NCBI RefSeq assembly: GCF_006345805.1
Contig: NC_043016.1
Location: forward strand, 30,008,001 to 30,072,000
Origin: Octopus sinensis
Lineage: Eukaryota
DNA length: 64,000 nucleotides
Reading direction: 5' to 3'
Shown here: positions 26,432 through 37,361 of the stretch, piece by piece
Layout of the letters: every line of letters starts with the position of its first letter
Numbering within the stretch: position 1 is the stretch's first letter
Notes under the pieces: generated by a model
Databases searched by the model: none
Seen by the model: the letters and a program-made list of their open reading frames with translations, nothing else
What the model was told of the DNA's origin: nothing
Position numbers and translations under genes: made by a program

Positions 26432-27009
26432 ACTAGCTCTGCCAAAGTCTTACATAGTCTGTTTGACTGATGTACATCATCACCACCACCGCTGTTGCTG
26501 CCATCATCGTTTAATGCCCATCTTCCATGCATGCATGGGTAGGATGGTTGACACGAATTGACCAAGTAGAAAAACTACCTTAGGCTACTGTGTCTGTTTT
26601 GGTCGAGATTTCACTTCCTAACACCAACCGTGCTGCAGAATGGGCTCAAATGCTTTTCATGTGGCACTAGCATAAATGAGGTTAGTTTTAGCATAATTTT
26701 TACAGCTGGATGCCCTTCCAAATGCCAACCATATTACAGTGTGGATGCTTTTAATGTGGCACCAGCACTGGCAAGGTCACCAAGTAACTTGCAAGACAAG
26801 AAATTATGAGAGGGGCAAGACATTTGAGGAAGTGCACTTGTGACAGGGGATCAAAGGTTAGAGTGTGACGGAGAGACAGAAGCAGGTGTCTCACCACAAC
26901 AGAGGGGGCATTAGAAGAGGTGATCCAGTATCAAATGATGAAAGGTTAGAATGTAACAGAGAAGTTGCAAGGTAGAAATAGGTGCCTTGCTATACAGCAT
27001 GTACATGGC

Positions 27010-27045
<36 letters not shown>

Positions 27046-27467
27046 TAAATAGCAAAAGTGGAGAAGAGAGTTGAAGAGAGATAGTGAAATGCTAGAGTAA
27101 ACTTACGAGTAACAAGAATATGAGCATAGAACCTGCTAAGAAAAATAGGGTGTGGGGATCAGTGGTACAGTGAACATGACAACGAGGGCAAGAAAAGGGA
27201 TTGGAAAACAATCATAATTTATGAGGAGGAAATGCAAAAAGGAAAAGATGCAGTTAGAAGAGGAGTTGTAGTTCGGTTTCTTAGAGTAGAGTGGGTGAAA
27301 AGTGAAATGTGGATAGGACACAACTAGCACTCAATTTTGTGGATGGGTCTTCTCTAGAACCTCATATTACCAAACATCTCATTTCACTGTCATTTCCTTC
27401 GTGAGTCCCAACATCATTCCTCACCACTTCATCTCATGTCTTCCAGGGTCTCCCTCTTCCATGGGTA

Positions 27468-28953
27468 CCATCCCGGTCATCTGCGAGCCCTTAACACGAC
27501 TATTCAATATGTCATTGGCGATGGGTGTTATACCTGCAGACTGGAGAACAGCAATAATCTGCCCAATTTTCAAGAAAGGGAGCCGCGAAGACCCGCTAAA
27601 ACTACCGACCGGTTTCCCTTACATCATAATCAGCAAGATGTTCGAAACCATCCTTAAGAAAAGTATGATGCTCCACCTCCTAAACACAGCCTCTATCTCT
27701 GATTCCCAACACGGCTTCGTGCCGAAGAGATCATGCTTGACCAACTTACTGGTAATGGAAGAATTGGTGACGCACATCCTTGATGATAGTGATGCTGTTG
27801 ACATCGTTTTATTGGACTTTGCCAAAGCTTTTGACTCAGTAAACCACCGCCTATTACTTGTCAAGCTTCAAGCATATAGTTTCCATCCGGATATTGTGCG
27901 ATGGGTTGGTGCCTTCCTCTCAGATTGCTCTTTCCAAGTCGAAGTTAATGGTTTGCGGTCCGACGTCTCCAGTGCGAGCAGTGGCGTGCCTCAAGGTTCA
28001 GTGCTTGGGCCCTTATTGTTCTTAGTCTTCATAAATGACTTGCCCGACGACCTCACGTAACACACCCTTCTATTTGCCGACGATGTCAAACTGGTCGCTC
28101 CTCGCGGTGATATAGAGGATTTTCGTCGATGCCTCCACCAAATTTGGAGGTGGTCTAACGAATGGGACCTGTGTCTGAATGTGTCAAAGTGCTGTCATCT
28201 GCCTGTTGGCTCTCCTCCTGCAACTCAACTTGATTTCGAGCCGGGTCGTCTGTTGCTGGAGAGGACCGATCAGGTAAAGGACCTGGGTATCTTGGTGGAT
28301 TCCTCCTTTTCGCCTTCGGCCCAGTGCGTCCATGCTGCCAATAAAGCACGCGGAATTCTGTTCTTGATTCGACGGTCATTCGGAATGCTCGCAGCAGCCA
28401 TATTCCTACAGCTCTATGTCATGCTGGTGAGACCCATATTGGAGTACGGGATTCAAGCCTCTTCTCCTTATCTCCTCAAAGACATGCAGCATCTCGAAAG
28501 AGTCCAGAAGCTGGCTACCCGCATGGTTCATGGTCTCAAAAGTTTGTCTTATGAAGAAAGGCTGAAGACGCTCGACCTTTATTCTCTAGACAAACGCCGC
28601 CGCCGTGATGATCTCATTCTCGTTCACAACATCATAAGTGGAAAGTGTAACCTCTCAAAAGAGCTGTTCTTCACTCCTGCTCCAGAGCGTCGGCTGCGGG
28701 GTCATTCCGAAAAGCTCTATCTGCGACGATTTCATCTCAATCGAAGAAGAGGGGCTTTCTCCGTCCGGGTTGCGGATCCGTGGAACAAGCTGCCAGACGA
28801 GATGAATGCCGACGACTGCTTTGTTCAAAGTCTCCCTTGACCTCAAGTGGCCTGAACTCTTTACATGAACACCACCCTGTACTTAACTCCATGTCCCCCT
28901 ACATGGCCTTGCTTTTTGCTTTTTGAGCCAAAAAATTAACTAACTAACCAACT
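27468..28953 (+). mobile_element. CR1-clade LINE, 5'-truncated, RT with few disablements
   Basis: QHGFVPKRSCLTNL, VLLDFAKAFDSVNH, SGVPQGSVLGPLLF, one in-frame TAA (28058-28060), then LFADDVKL; (AACT)n tail. The 5' boundary is approximate. Confidence 0.93.
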
Positions 28954-28960
28954 AACTTTC

Positions 28961-29275
28961 AGTGACAGGCACTTCTGTATACAGCTGTCTTCACTCATAT
29001 GTCTAAACCAACACATTCTTTTCTCCTGTATACCACATTTAATGCCTTTTCTGCCTAACTTTTCTCTCAACAGAGATGTGCTTTGCTGGTCATGCACACT
29101 GATGTTGCAAATCCAATGAAGCATACCACCTTCATTCCTCTCCAGCCTACACATGTCCTCTGCAGTCAGTGCCCATATCTCACTGCCATGTAACATAGCC
29201 ATTCTCACACAAGCATCATACAATCTACTTTTCACTTTGAGAGAGAGTTCTTTTGCTGCCAACAGAGGTAATGGT
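28961..29275 (-). mobile_element. RTE LINE internal fragment
   Basis: LSLKVKSRLYDACVRMAMLHGSEIWALT matches the RTE copy at 39413-41243. Confidence 0.85.
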
Positions 29276-30105
29276 TCTCTGAACTTCCTTCACATTATTC
29301 TTATTCTAGAAACAATACTTTCAGAGCATATGTACATCAAAGTCAGAAAACATGTTCACTAGAATTTAGAGAAAATCTTGACAAGAATCCAGTTTTTATG
29401 ACCCCAGTCTAAAGTTTCCACAGCGGGATAAGTTAGAATAGTATGGTGCATACTGGAATACACTAACAATTCAAGAATTATGTTGGTCACATTTCAATAT
29501 TCAATTCCAGGTAATTTCACACTAGACATGTTTCTCACCACTTGTTCTATTATTTTATTTTCTTTTTTGCATATGCATAATCTCTGACATCAAAAACGTA
29601 AGGACCCGAAAATTTTTTTTTTAAAAATGCATTTTTCTTGGAGAGGTGCAAAACTGCATTAGCCTCAAATTTCTTTTCAGATTCACATGTTTTCAATATC
29701 GGAGATTACGATTTAGTGAAAAAAAAAGAATAATTTTTTTCATTTTAATTACTCCACCAATTTATTTGCTTTGTTTACAGTTGACAAGATGTGCTGTCAT
29801 GCACAAATTGACAGCTTCCAAATCCTGTTTCCTGATTCGGTGAAAATTATGAAACTTTAAACCTCTATAACTTTTTAAAAACATTTTTCTGGAAAAAGTG
29901 AAACAACCCCAGCATTTTAGCTTGGAAATACACATTATTGTGCCAAATTTTAAAATGTTTGATAAACTTCAATTTTTGAAATGCTGGTTGCCAAACCAAC
30001 TAGATCTGTTATAGAACTCTTAGAAGTTAGTGCCGAACATAGAGCGAAGTTGATTAAAAAGGTATTATAAGCACAATTTAACTTCATTATTTAATTATGA
30101 ACTTT

Positions 30106-31444
30106 TTGATATCGCAATTATAATTTTAACATCTGTGATATTTTCATAGTGTTTGTGTTTTCTGAGGATTTTCTGATTGGTTGAAGATTTATCAATTGTT
30201 TTGTGCTGCTTTGCAGCAGTTTGTTTGTTTGTGCTTTCTCTCCACATTTGAGGAGAGTTTTATTCAGACCTTAGTGGGGTTGAATTGATTTCTTCAAAGG
30301 AGGAGCTCGTGCAAGCAGTACAAAAGATGGATGAATGCTTAAGGAAGAAAAGTCATGAAAAAAGTGGTGGACTTGACAAATTTAAAAGAATACAAGAAAA
30401 TGGTATACAGGGAACGTGGTGACACCACCCCAGGAAGTATTGAAAGACATGGAAGGAAAAACAATTGTATACAAGGTGTATTCAGTGGAAGAGAGGAGGA
30501 TCAAAAATGTATCTACAGAAACAATTGAAAAGGCATTGAGGTCAGTGTGCAAGATATAGCATATCTTGCAAGAGGAAGCTGATATGGAACTGTAAAAGTA
30601 CATTTTAAAATGGCAAGAAAGGCTAAGGAACACTCAGTAACCCCACTGAGGATAGAAAGAGTCGTTGGCAGAAGGACTTCTAAGGTTAGGGTGGATGGAA
30701 TCCCACCCGAAATAGATGTGGCTTGGGTAGTGGTGGCTGTACTTCTGGGAAACGAAGAAGAAACAACCATCCCGCAAGCCACAAAAGCGGAAGCTACAAA
30801 CTGGAAGGGTCAAATATTAGATGTAATCATACAAAGGACAACTGAAAATCTCAAAAAAAAAATAGCAGAAATGTGTCTATAGGAGATGCTGTGTTGAGAG
30901 ACTTGATGGAGGGCAGAATCCCTCGATGTTTCAAATGTGGCCAAAAGGGCCACATTAGAGTGGACTGTCCTTCACAGAATAAGAGAAGCCAGGAGGAAGC
31001 TGGGAAGGAACTGGAGAAGGTAGAAGAGGAAATAAAGATGAACGATGAACCATGGAAGGTGGCAGAAGGAAGAAAAGAAAGAAGGACAGAATGAATGGAA
31101 ACCCCAACCTGCACCCACCCCACCCATACCTTCTCAACACCACCCTCCTCCTGCAGACGCCAAACCCACCCATTCCCTCCAACACAAAACAAAAGAAAAA
31201 TAGAGACATAGACATGCAAGAACTTACAAATTCCCCTCCTACTGAAAATTGTTATGCATGCATGATATACATAGGCGCAGGAGTGGCTGTGTGGTAAGTA
31301 GCTTGCTAACCAACCACATGGTTCCGGGTTCAGTCCTACTGCATGGCATCTTGGGCAAGTGTCTTCTGCTATAGCCCCGGGCCGACCAATGCCTTGTGAG
31401 TGAATTTGGTAGACGGAAACTGAAAGAAGTCTGTCGTATATATG

Positions 31445-31475
<31 letters not shown>

Positions 31476-32091
31476 CTGTGTTTGTCCCCCTAGCACTGCT
31501 TGACAACTGATGCTGGTGTGTTTACGTCCCCGTCACTTAGCGGTTCGGCAAAAGAGACCGATAGAATAAGTACTGGGCTTACAAAAGAATAAGTCCCGGG
31601 GTTGAGTTGCTCGATTAAAAGGCGGTGCTCCAGCATGGCCGCAGTCAAATGACTGAAACAAGTAAGAGTAAGAGTAAGAGTAAAGGTGTAGACATGGAAC
31701 TAGCGAACAAAATTAAAAAATGGAGGGATGCAATGATTGTTAATATGGAGGAAAAGACAAACATTGAGGGATGGCACTCATATGTCTTGCTGGCAGAGAG
31801 ACAAAAAAATGAGATAGAGAAATACAAGGTTGGATATAAGTGTTGGAAGGTAAACTGTGACATAAAGGTAATACCAGACAACATACATTACGAAGAGCTG
31901 GTTAAAAAATATGGACATTTTGAGAAACACAGAATTTAAAGGATAAAAGGAAGTGATGCTGCTTGGAGTTGGGACATGTAGCTTATTTTCATTATCATTC
32001 ATTTTATATAATGTTTTAGTTTTTTCTAGTTTGTTCTGTTCCCACATGTGTTTGTATTGTCCCCCCCCCCCTTGTGGGCAATAAAGAAACA
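30106..32091 (+). mobile_element. ORF1-only non-LTR retroelement (gag-like CCHC zinc knuckle), with inserted SINE
   Basis: 13-bp TSD aattatgaacttt (30093-30105 / 32092-32104). Frameshifted ORF with RRTSKVRVDGIPPEIDVAW and CFKCGQKGHIRVDC (CX2CX4HX4C). 3' ccccttgtgggcAATAAAgaaac. No RT or endonuclease motifs between the TSDs. Confidence 0.8.
31274..31682 (+). mobile_element. SINE family A nested in the ORF1-only element
   Basis: Full-length head to (AGAGTA)n tail. Confidence 0.9.
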
Positions 32092-32104
32092 AATTATGAA
32101 CTTT

Positions 32105-32477
32105 AGGTGCCAGATAGTTGGGATGAGGAGGAGTGCATGGAGGTACCTTTAACGGGAAAACAAGTGAAAGAGCTTTAAAACGAACTGAACAATGTTTTTT
32201 TTTGTGAGTAAGAAAGGAAATAGACCCGGTCAAGAAAAAATAACTAGCAAAACAGTACAGGGTGAGAAAAAGGGACTATATGTTTTCGAAAGATTTTAAG
32301 AAGAGGACATAGGGAAAGAGGACAGGTAAGTGATGTTATCCGATGGGGCGGGTAACATCACTTTCACCTTGCATTTTCTCCCTCTCATTTTTATCATACT
32401 TTTTTTTTTGTGTTTTATGTCCCCAATGTGTTGTTTGTTTCTTATCTTTGTCAGCCCGTCCTGGGAAATAAAGAAAT
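32105..32477 (+). mobile_element. 3' end of a related non-LTR element
   Basis: Purine-rich coding-like remnant, T-rich 3'UTR and terminal cccgtcctgggaAATAAAgaaat. Confidence 0.5.
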
Positions 32478-33121
32478 TGTGTGTGCTTATGAGCGAAAAC
32501 ACCTAAGCTCCACGCGGGGCAATCTTTCGTCTCTAGTAGACCTTTCCGTCGATTTCCGTAAAAAATTTTTTTTTTTTACATATGGGCTTGCGGGAACTTT
32601 TGAAGTAATGACAGCGAAAGAGACTAAGAGAAAGCGATTGTATGACGAGGGAAGTTCTTTTGAAGTTACCGTGCATGGGAGCATTGATGTATATGTGTGT
32701 GTGTGTGTGTGTGTTTGATGGGGTGTGGGAGACAGACAGTATGTTGTGTAAGTGAAGTGCTTCTGTGTAGTGTGTGTGAAGAGACAGAGTAATGTGTGAA
32801 AGAAAGAGATAACTGAAATTTTTTACTCGGTGTATGTGTATATGTATGTATATTACTTCAAAAGTTCCCGCAAGCCCATATGTAAAAAAAAAAAAAATTT
32901 TACGGAAATCGACGGAAAGGTCTACTAGAGACGAAAGATCGTCCCACGCGGCTCCGGCAGAAGGTAATGGCGAACTTCTGCTGACTCTTTCGCCACAATT
33001 TTCTCTCACTCTTTCCTCCTGCATATTGCAGCTCACCTGCGACGGACCGGCATCCCGGTCAGGTGGGGAACCTATACGCCAAGGAAACCGGGAAACCGGC
33101 ATGGCTCGCGAAGGAACAAAC
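32478..33121 (+). mobile_element. SINE family C, 5'-truncated, interrupted by a long-TIR MITE
   Basis: Flanks align with the uninterrupted copy at 55121-55425. Confidence 0.85.
32518..32943. mobile_element. Long-TIR MITE (Mutator- or hAT-like), 426 bp
   Basis: ~90-bp near-perfect TIRs (32518-32610 / 32851-32943), G...C termini and 8-bp TSD ccacgcgg. The empty site is seen in the paralog at 55296-55327. Confidence 0.9.
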
Positions 33122-34189
33122 GAAGATGATGATGGGTGAAAAGAGTGAATAAAATATCATACTTTAGTGAATTTAGTTATGTCCCTTTACTTTTTTTTTT
33201 TTACGAATGTAAACCGAACAATTATCCATAGTATTTAAATACAAATATTATTAATAGTGGTAGATTAATGAATATTAAAAAAAATTTCACTTGAAATTAT
33301 TAAAAACCGGATATAAATGAGTATGTTGTCGATTGATTAATGAACAGAAGTTTAGTTTCGTACTTCACAATGGAGACTCGAAAATTACAAGAACAGATCA
33401 AAGGGTGTGTTTATTATTCTATAATGAACTTTTATTTATTTAATTTTCGTTTTCTATAATTTACTAACAATTCTATCGTATCTATTTTTCTTTACTTTAA
33501 AAATGTACTTCAGAATGACTTCAATTTCTATAGGGAAAGAGAGACCATGCATACGGGTGTATGTGTTTGTAAAAGATAAGGATGAAGTTTGTTTTGTTGA
33601 TAAAAAAAAAGTGTTCAGCTTCTTTACATAATTTATTTGATGTTCCACTTAACATTTTCTTTTCAGAATGCATATTTTAAAAAGATATTTTGTATTATTT
33701 TTCGGTTGTCTATATACAATATATATAAATCAAATTTTCGCGAAGCATTGTCTGTTATGCGTTACAGACAAGGCGGGATTAAAACTCTTGAAGCACAAAC
33801 TCAGCGCTTGTTCCCTCTCGGCATTTCTTTAGTAATCGTCTGACAAAAGATATTAAGACCAGCGCTGAATGTGAAATAATAGATTACAAATAGTATTCTT
33901 CTAGACCTTACACTATTTTAAATGTAACTTGTCTCTAAATAAACAATGTAAACAAATTATTTACTAAGGCAATTTAAAAAAAAAATTAGGAAAAAAAAAA
34001 CTACATGTACAAAACTTTATTGAAGACAATTCTGCCTGCGCAAATCCATGTTAGTGGTCAATTGAAAAACAAAGTATCAATAAATATTTACGAAATGAAA
34101 CTTATTTCATTCATTTCTTTCTGATATTGAAATACATTTCTCGTTGATACCCGGCGAGTCCAATTCGCGACAAAGAGGCACGACTGTAG

Positions 34190-35790
34190 AGCCTGCTCGG
34201 GGAAGATAAGATGAATGATCAGGGTTGGTTGTAATGTTCTTATTTTCCCTCTTATCTGCAAGGATGATCTTGTGCATGTCTTCAAGAGGACTGTGAGATG
34301 CCAGACTTCTAAGCGCCAAGAACAGACCACTGTTAGTGGTCGATGCAGTAGGTGCCAAAGTATTTCTTGAGAGTCTTTGTACCTCTTTTGGTGCTCCTCT
34401 ATCATGGTGACTAGAGGAGAGTTTACCATACAGCATGATCTTGGGAAGTCTATGATATTCCATCTTGGTGACATGCCCTATCCAGCATAACAGAGTTGCT
34501 TCGATGCTGGTGACCATTATCTGCTCTAGGACATCATCGCTAGTGACAAAATTACTCCAGTGGATGGTGCAAATATGGTGCTAATGGAATCGCTCAAGGA
34601 GTCACAGGTGGTACCAATATGACTCACGACTATGCAGTACAAGATGGTAGTCTGAACGATTGATCTGTGCACACTGATCATGGTCCCTTTCAAACTTTTG
34701 TATAGTCTGCTGAATGTGCTGTTTGTCTTGGATAGTCTCTTGTTAACTTCCTTGTTAATTTTGGCAACTAATGAGATGGTGCACTCTAGGTTGGTGAACT
34801 GGTTTGCTGTCTGTTCAGTCTCCCTGATGATGATGATGATGATGCAAGAGATTGGTATTCTTGCTATGGTGTGGGTTGATGAAGGACTTCTGTATTTTTG
34901 CACTAACCTCTAGAGTCTTTGCAAAGTTCTTTTGGTGAGATTTATCCACTCTTCATTTTGGATGTTTTGGAATTTTTACACTTGAGATTGTTGCAGACAA
35001 TGTGGGAGGTTGTTTCTTCCTAGGACAGCTTGGGTTTGCGAGGTGAGTCTGATGGGTAGATCTCGTCTTTACTAGTAGTTTCAGGATCTCTTAGTTATCT
35101 TTGTCAAACCAGTCCTTGTTCTTTTTTGTAGAGAGGCCCAATCCTTCAGAAGTTTGCATGATAGCAGCTTTTAGGTATTCCTAAAGCGCTTCAGAAGAGT
35201 GGTCTGAGGGACAACTGGGATCTTTGAGCTTTAGCAGGAGGTTTGTCTGGAATTTAGCTTTCATTTCAACTGAATGTAGGATGCTGATCTAGAACTTTCA
35301 CTTTGGGGCCTCAACTCTCTTGACATTGAGTTTGTAGCAGACAAACTGTCTGTTGGAGGAGGGTGTTGGTGATGGTTAATTGTTGCTTTGTGCAAAGCTC
35401 CATCAGAAGCCACCCATTTTTGTTGCAGTTCCCAACACCATACTAGCCCAAAATTCCTTTCTGGGCTTCTGAATCTTGGCCCATTCTTGTATTGAAGTTA
35501 CCAAGGATTGTCTGCTGAGATACATTGGAAGAGGCTGTGCAAATCAACATAGAACTTATCCTTTTCTTTAGGGTCAGCTTGGAAAGTTGGGGGGTGTACA
35601 CACTGAAGAAACTGGCATGCTGCTTGTTTTGGATGGGAAGACACATAGATATGATGCAGTCAGTGACCTGTTGGAAAGTCTTTTAGCTTGGAGGCAACAA
35701 AGTTTCTGTCTATGAAGCTAATACCAGAGAAACATCATTTAGCTTGTGGCTTGCCAGACTAGTAGCTACATCAAACCACATACCATCAAA
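34190..35790 (-). mobile_element. RTE LINE (second family) with APE endonuclease remnant and RT core deleted
   Basis: SVYTP..ILGNFNTRMG (endonuclease), then a jump near 34925 to an EVLHQP-like motif, QFTNLECTIS and WIGHVTKMEYHRLPKIMLYGKL (post-RT). Confidence 0.8.
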
Positions 35791-36148
35791 CCTCTACTGG
35801 CAGTGACAATCACACAACTGTTTCTGATTTGCAGCTAATTGAACCATTGAGTCTCCTCTATGATAGCTGCCTGATTCCAATTTTCTTGTATTGGCAAGTT
35901 TAAAATATATCGTTGACCTCTTCAAAGCTATATTGGAATAGATGAAGAGAGAAAAAGGCAGCCATGTGCAGGATAATTGAGGTAGGAGAAAGAATCTCTT
36001 ATCAGTTTTAAGAAACAAGAGAGAGAGAAGCTGAGTGAGAAACCAGGAGTAGATGACACCGATTCCTTGTGATCAAAGTTACAATCACCAAAGAGGAATG
36101 AAGGTGAAGTATCTTTTACATGTAATCATTCTCATATTAATAACAATA

Positions 36149-36615
36149 CAGGGTATCCCAAAAGTCACTGATGTGTATCAATTTTTAATAAATTTCTTAA
36201 ATTTACAAATAAATGCATGAAATTTTGATACAATATAAAGGACATAATGGAAATTAATATGCACAAGTCAAATTTGCCACTTAAGTACATCACATGAAAA
36301 ATGACATCACTTAAATGACAGACCCTGGTGTAACTGAAGGAGAACATCCAATAGAAAAATCAGAGAAGTGGGGGCTGAAACTCTTAAGGGTGTTATGGTG
36401 CAAGTTTTGGAAAGAGCACGGGCGTGCGAAGCTAAAAATGGCTGCCATTTAAGCGATGTCGTTTTTCATATGTGATGTAGTGGTGTTGCAAAATTTGACC
36501 TGTGCATATTAATTTCCGCTATGTCCTTTATATGGTATCAAAATTGCATGCATTTATTTGTAAAGTTAAAGAAGTTATTAAAAACTGAAACCCATCTGAC
36601 TTTTGGGACACCCTG
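36149..36615. mobile_element. Tc1/mariner-type MITE with long inverted ends
   Basis: TIR cagggtatcccaaaagtca / tgacttttgggacaccctg, TA on both sides; inverted similarity extends ~140 bp. Confidence 0.9.
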
Positions 36616-36653
36616 TATATGTTAGCGACAAAGGCAGTGGTCATATCAAGAGC

Positions 36654-36740
36654 TAATATTTATCCCCACTTAAACGTGGGTGTTCTGTTAGTGTAGTTCT
36701 TTCTAACAGAATGTTCCAGTTTAAGTGGGGGTAAATATTA
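36654..36740 (+). ncRNA. Candidate pre-miRNA-like hairpin (87 nt)
   Basis: 38-nt arms and an 11-nt loop; 36/38 positions pair on the + strand, including 5 G-U. Structure only; no expression data. Confidence 0.35.
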
Positions 36741-37250
36741 ATAGTAATGTATTTTTGATAATATTCTTTATATATATGTATATGTGTGTGTGTGTATACA
36801 TACGCAGATATATGTTCCCTCCTTTCTGAGGGGCTGCTGCACCATTTACCCCAGTAAAAATCCAATACTGACAAAAACAAAAAAAAAAAGAATTTGTGTT
36901 GCTGCCTTCTCTTGGTGTTCTAGGCACATGCTTATTTTACCTAACAGCTTGGATTACGAGCATATCTATATTCTACATCTCTAAAGTAGCCATGTGTCTC
37001 CTTTACTTCAAGGCACTTGTTCTTGTCCCTTTGTCATACTTCAGCTTCTCAATCACTGCATAAAACTGCCTTCTTCAATATGACCCTCCCCTCAGTTGTG
37101 GGGTCTTGTCTCTGAGTTACTTGTTGACCTCACTAGTGCTGGGAGCAATGAAAAAAGCACCCAGTTCACTCTGTAAAGTGGTTGATGTTAGGAAGGGCAT
37201 CAAGCCATAGAAACCATGCTAAAACAGACAATGGAGCTCAATACGCATAC

Positions 37251-37361
37251 CACGATGTATGGATATGAAATGATGACAGGGAACTAACAGAAAGCAATTC
37301 AAGGATCTGTTCAAATTACTTGATGTTGTTTTGACATAGGCACTGTCTCTTCTTCCACATC
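37251..37361 (-). CDS. Candidate internal exon (111 nt, phase 1-1) of an unidentified gene
   Basis: Long poly-T acceptor (T)n-acttgcAG, donor GTATGC, single open frame CGRRDSAYVKTTSSNLNRSLNCFLLVPCHHFISIHR. No confident homology. Confidence 0.35.

Noticed and set aside
33454-33648. 64-aa - strand ORF as a gene
   Set aside because: No motif was recognised, and it overlaps stronger + strand splice signals.
37251-37361. Naming the - strand exon as Churchill, MIS18 or REC114
   Set aside because: Only scattered C/H matches recalled from memory, with inconsistent spacing; not enough to assign.
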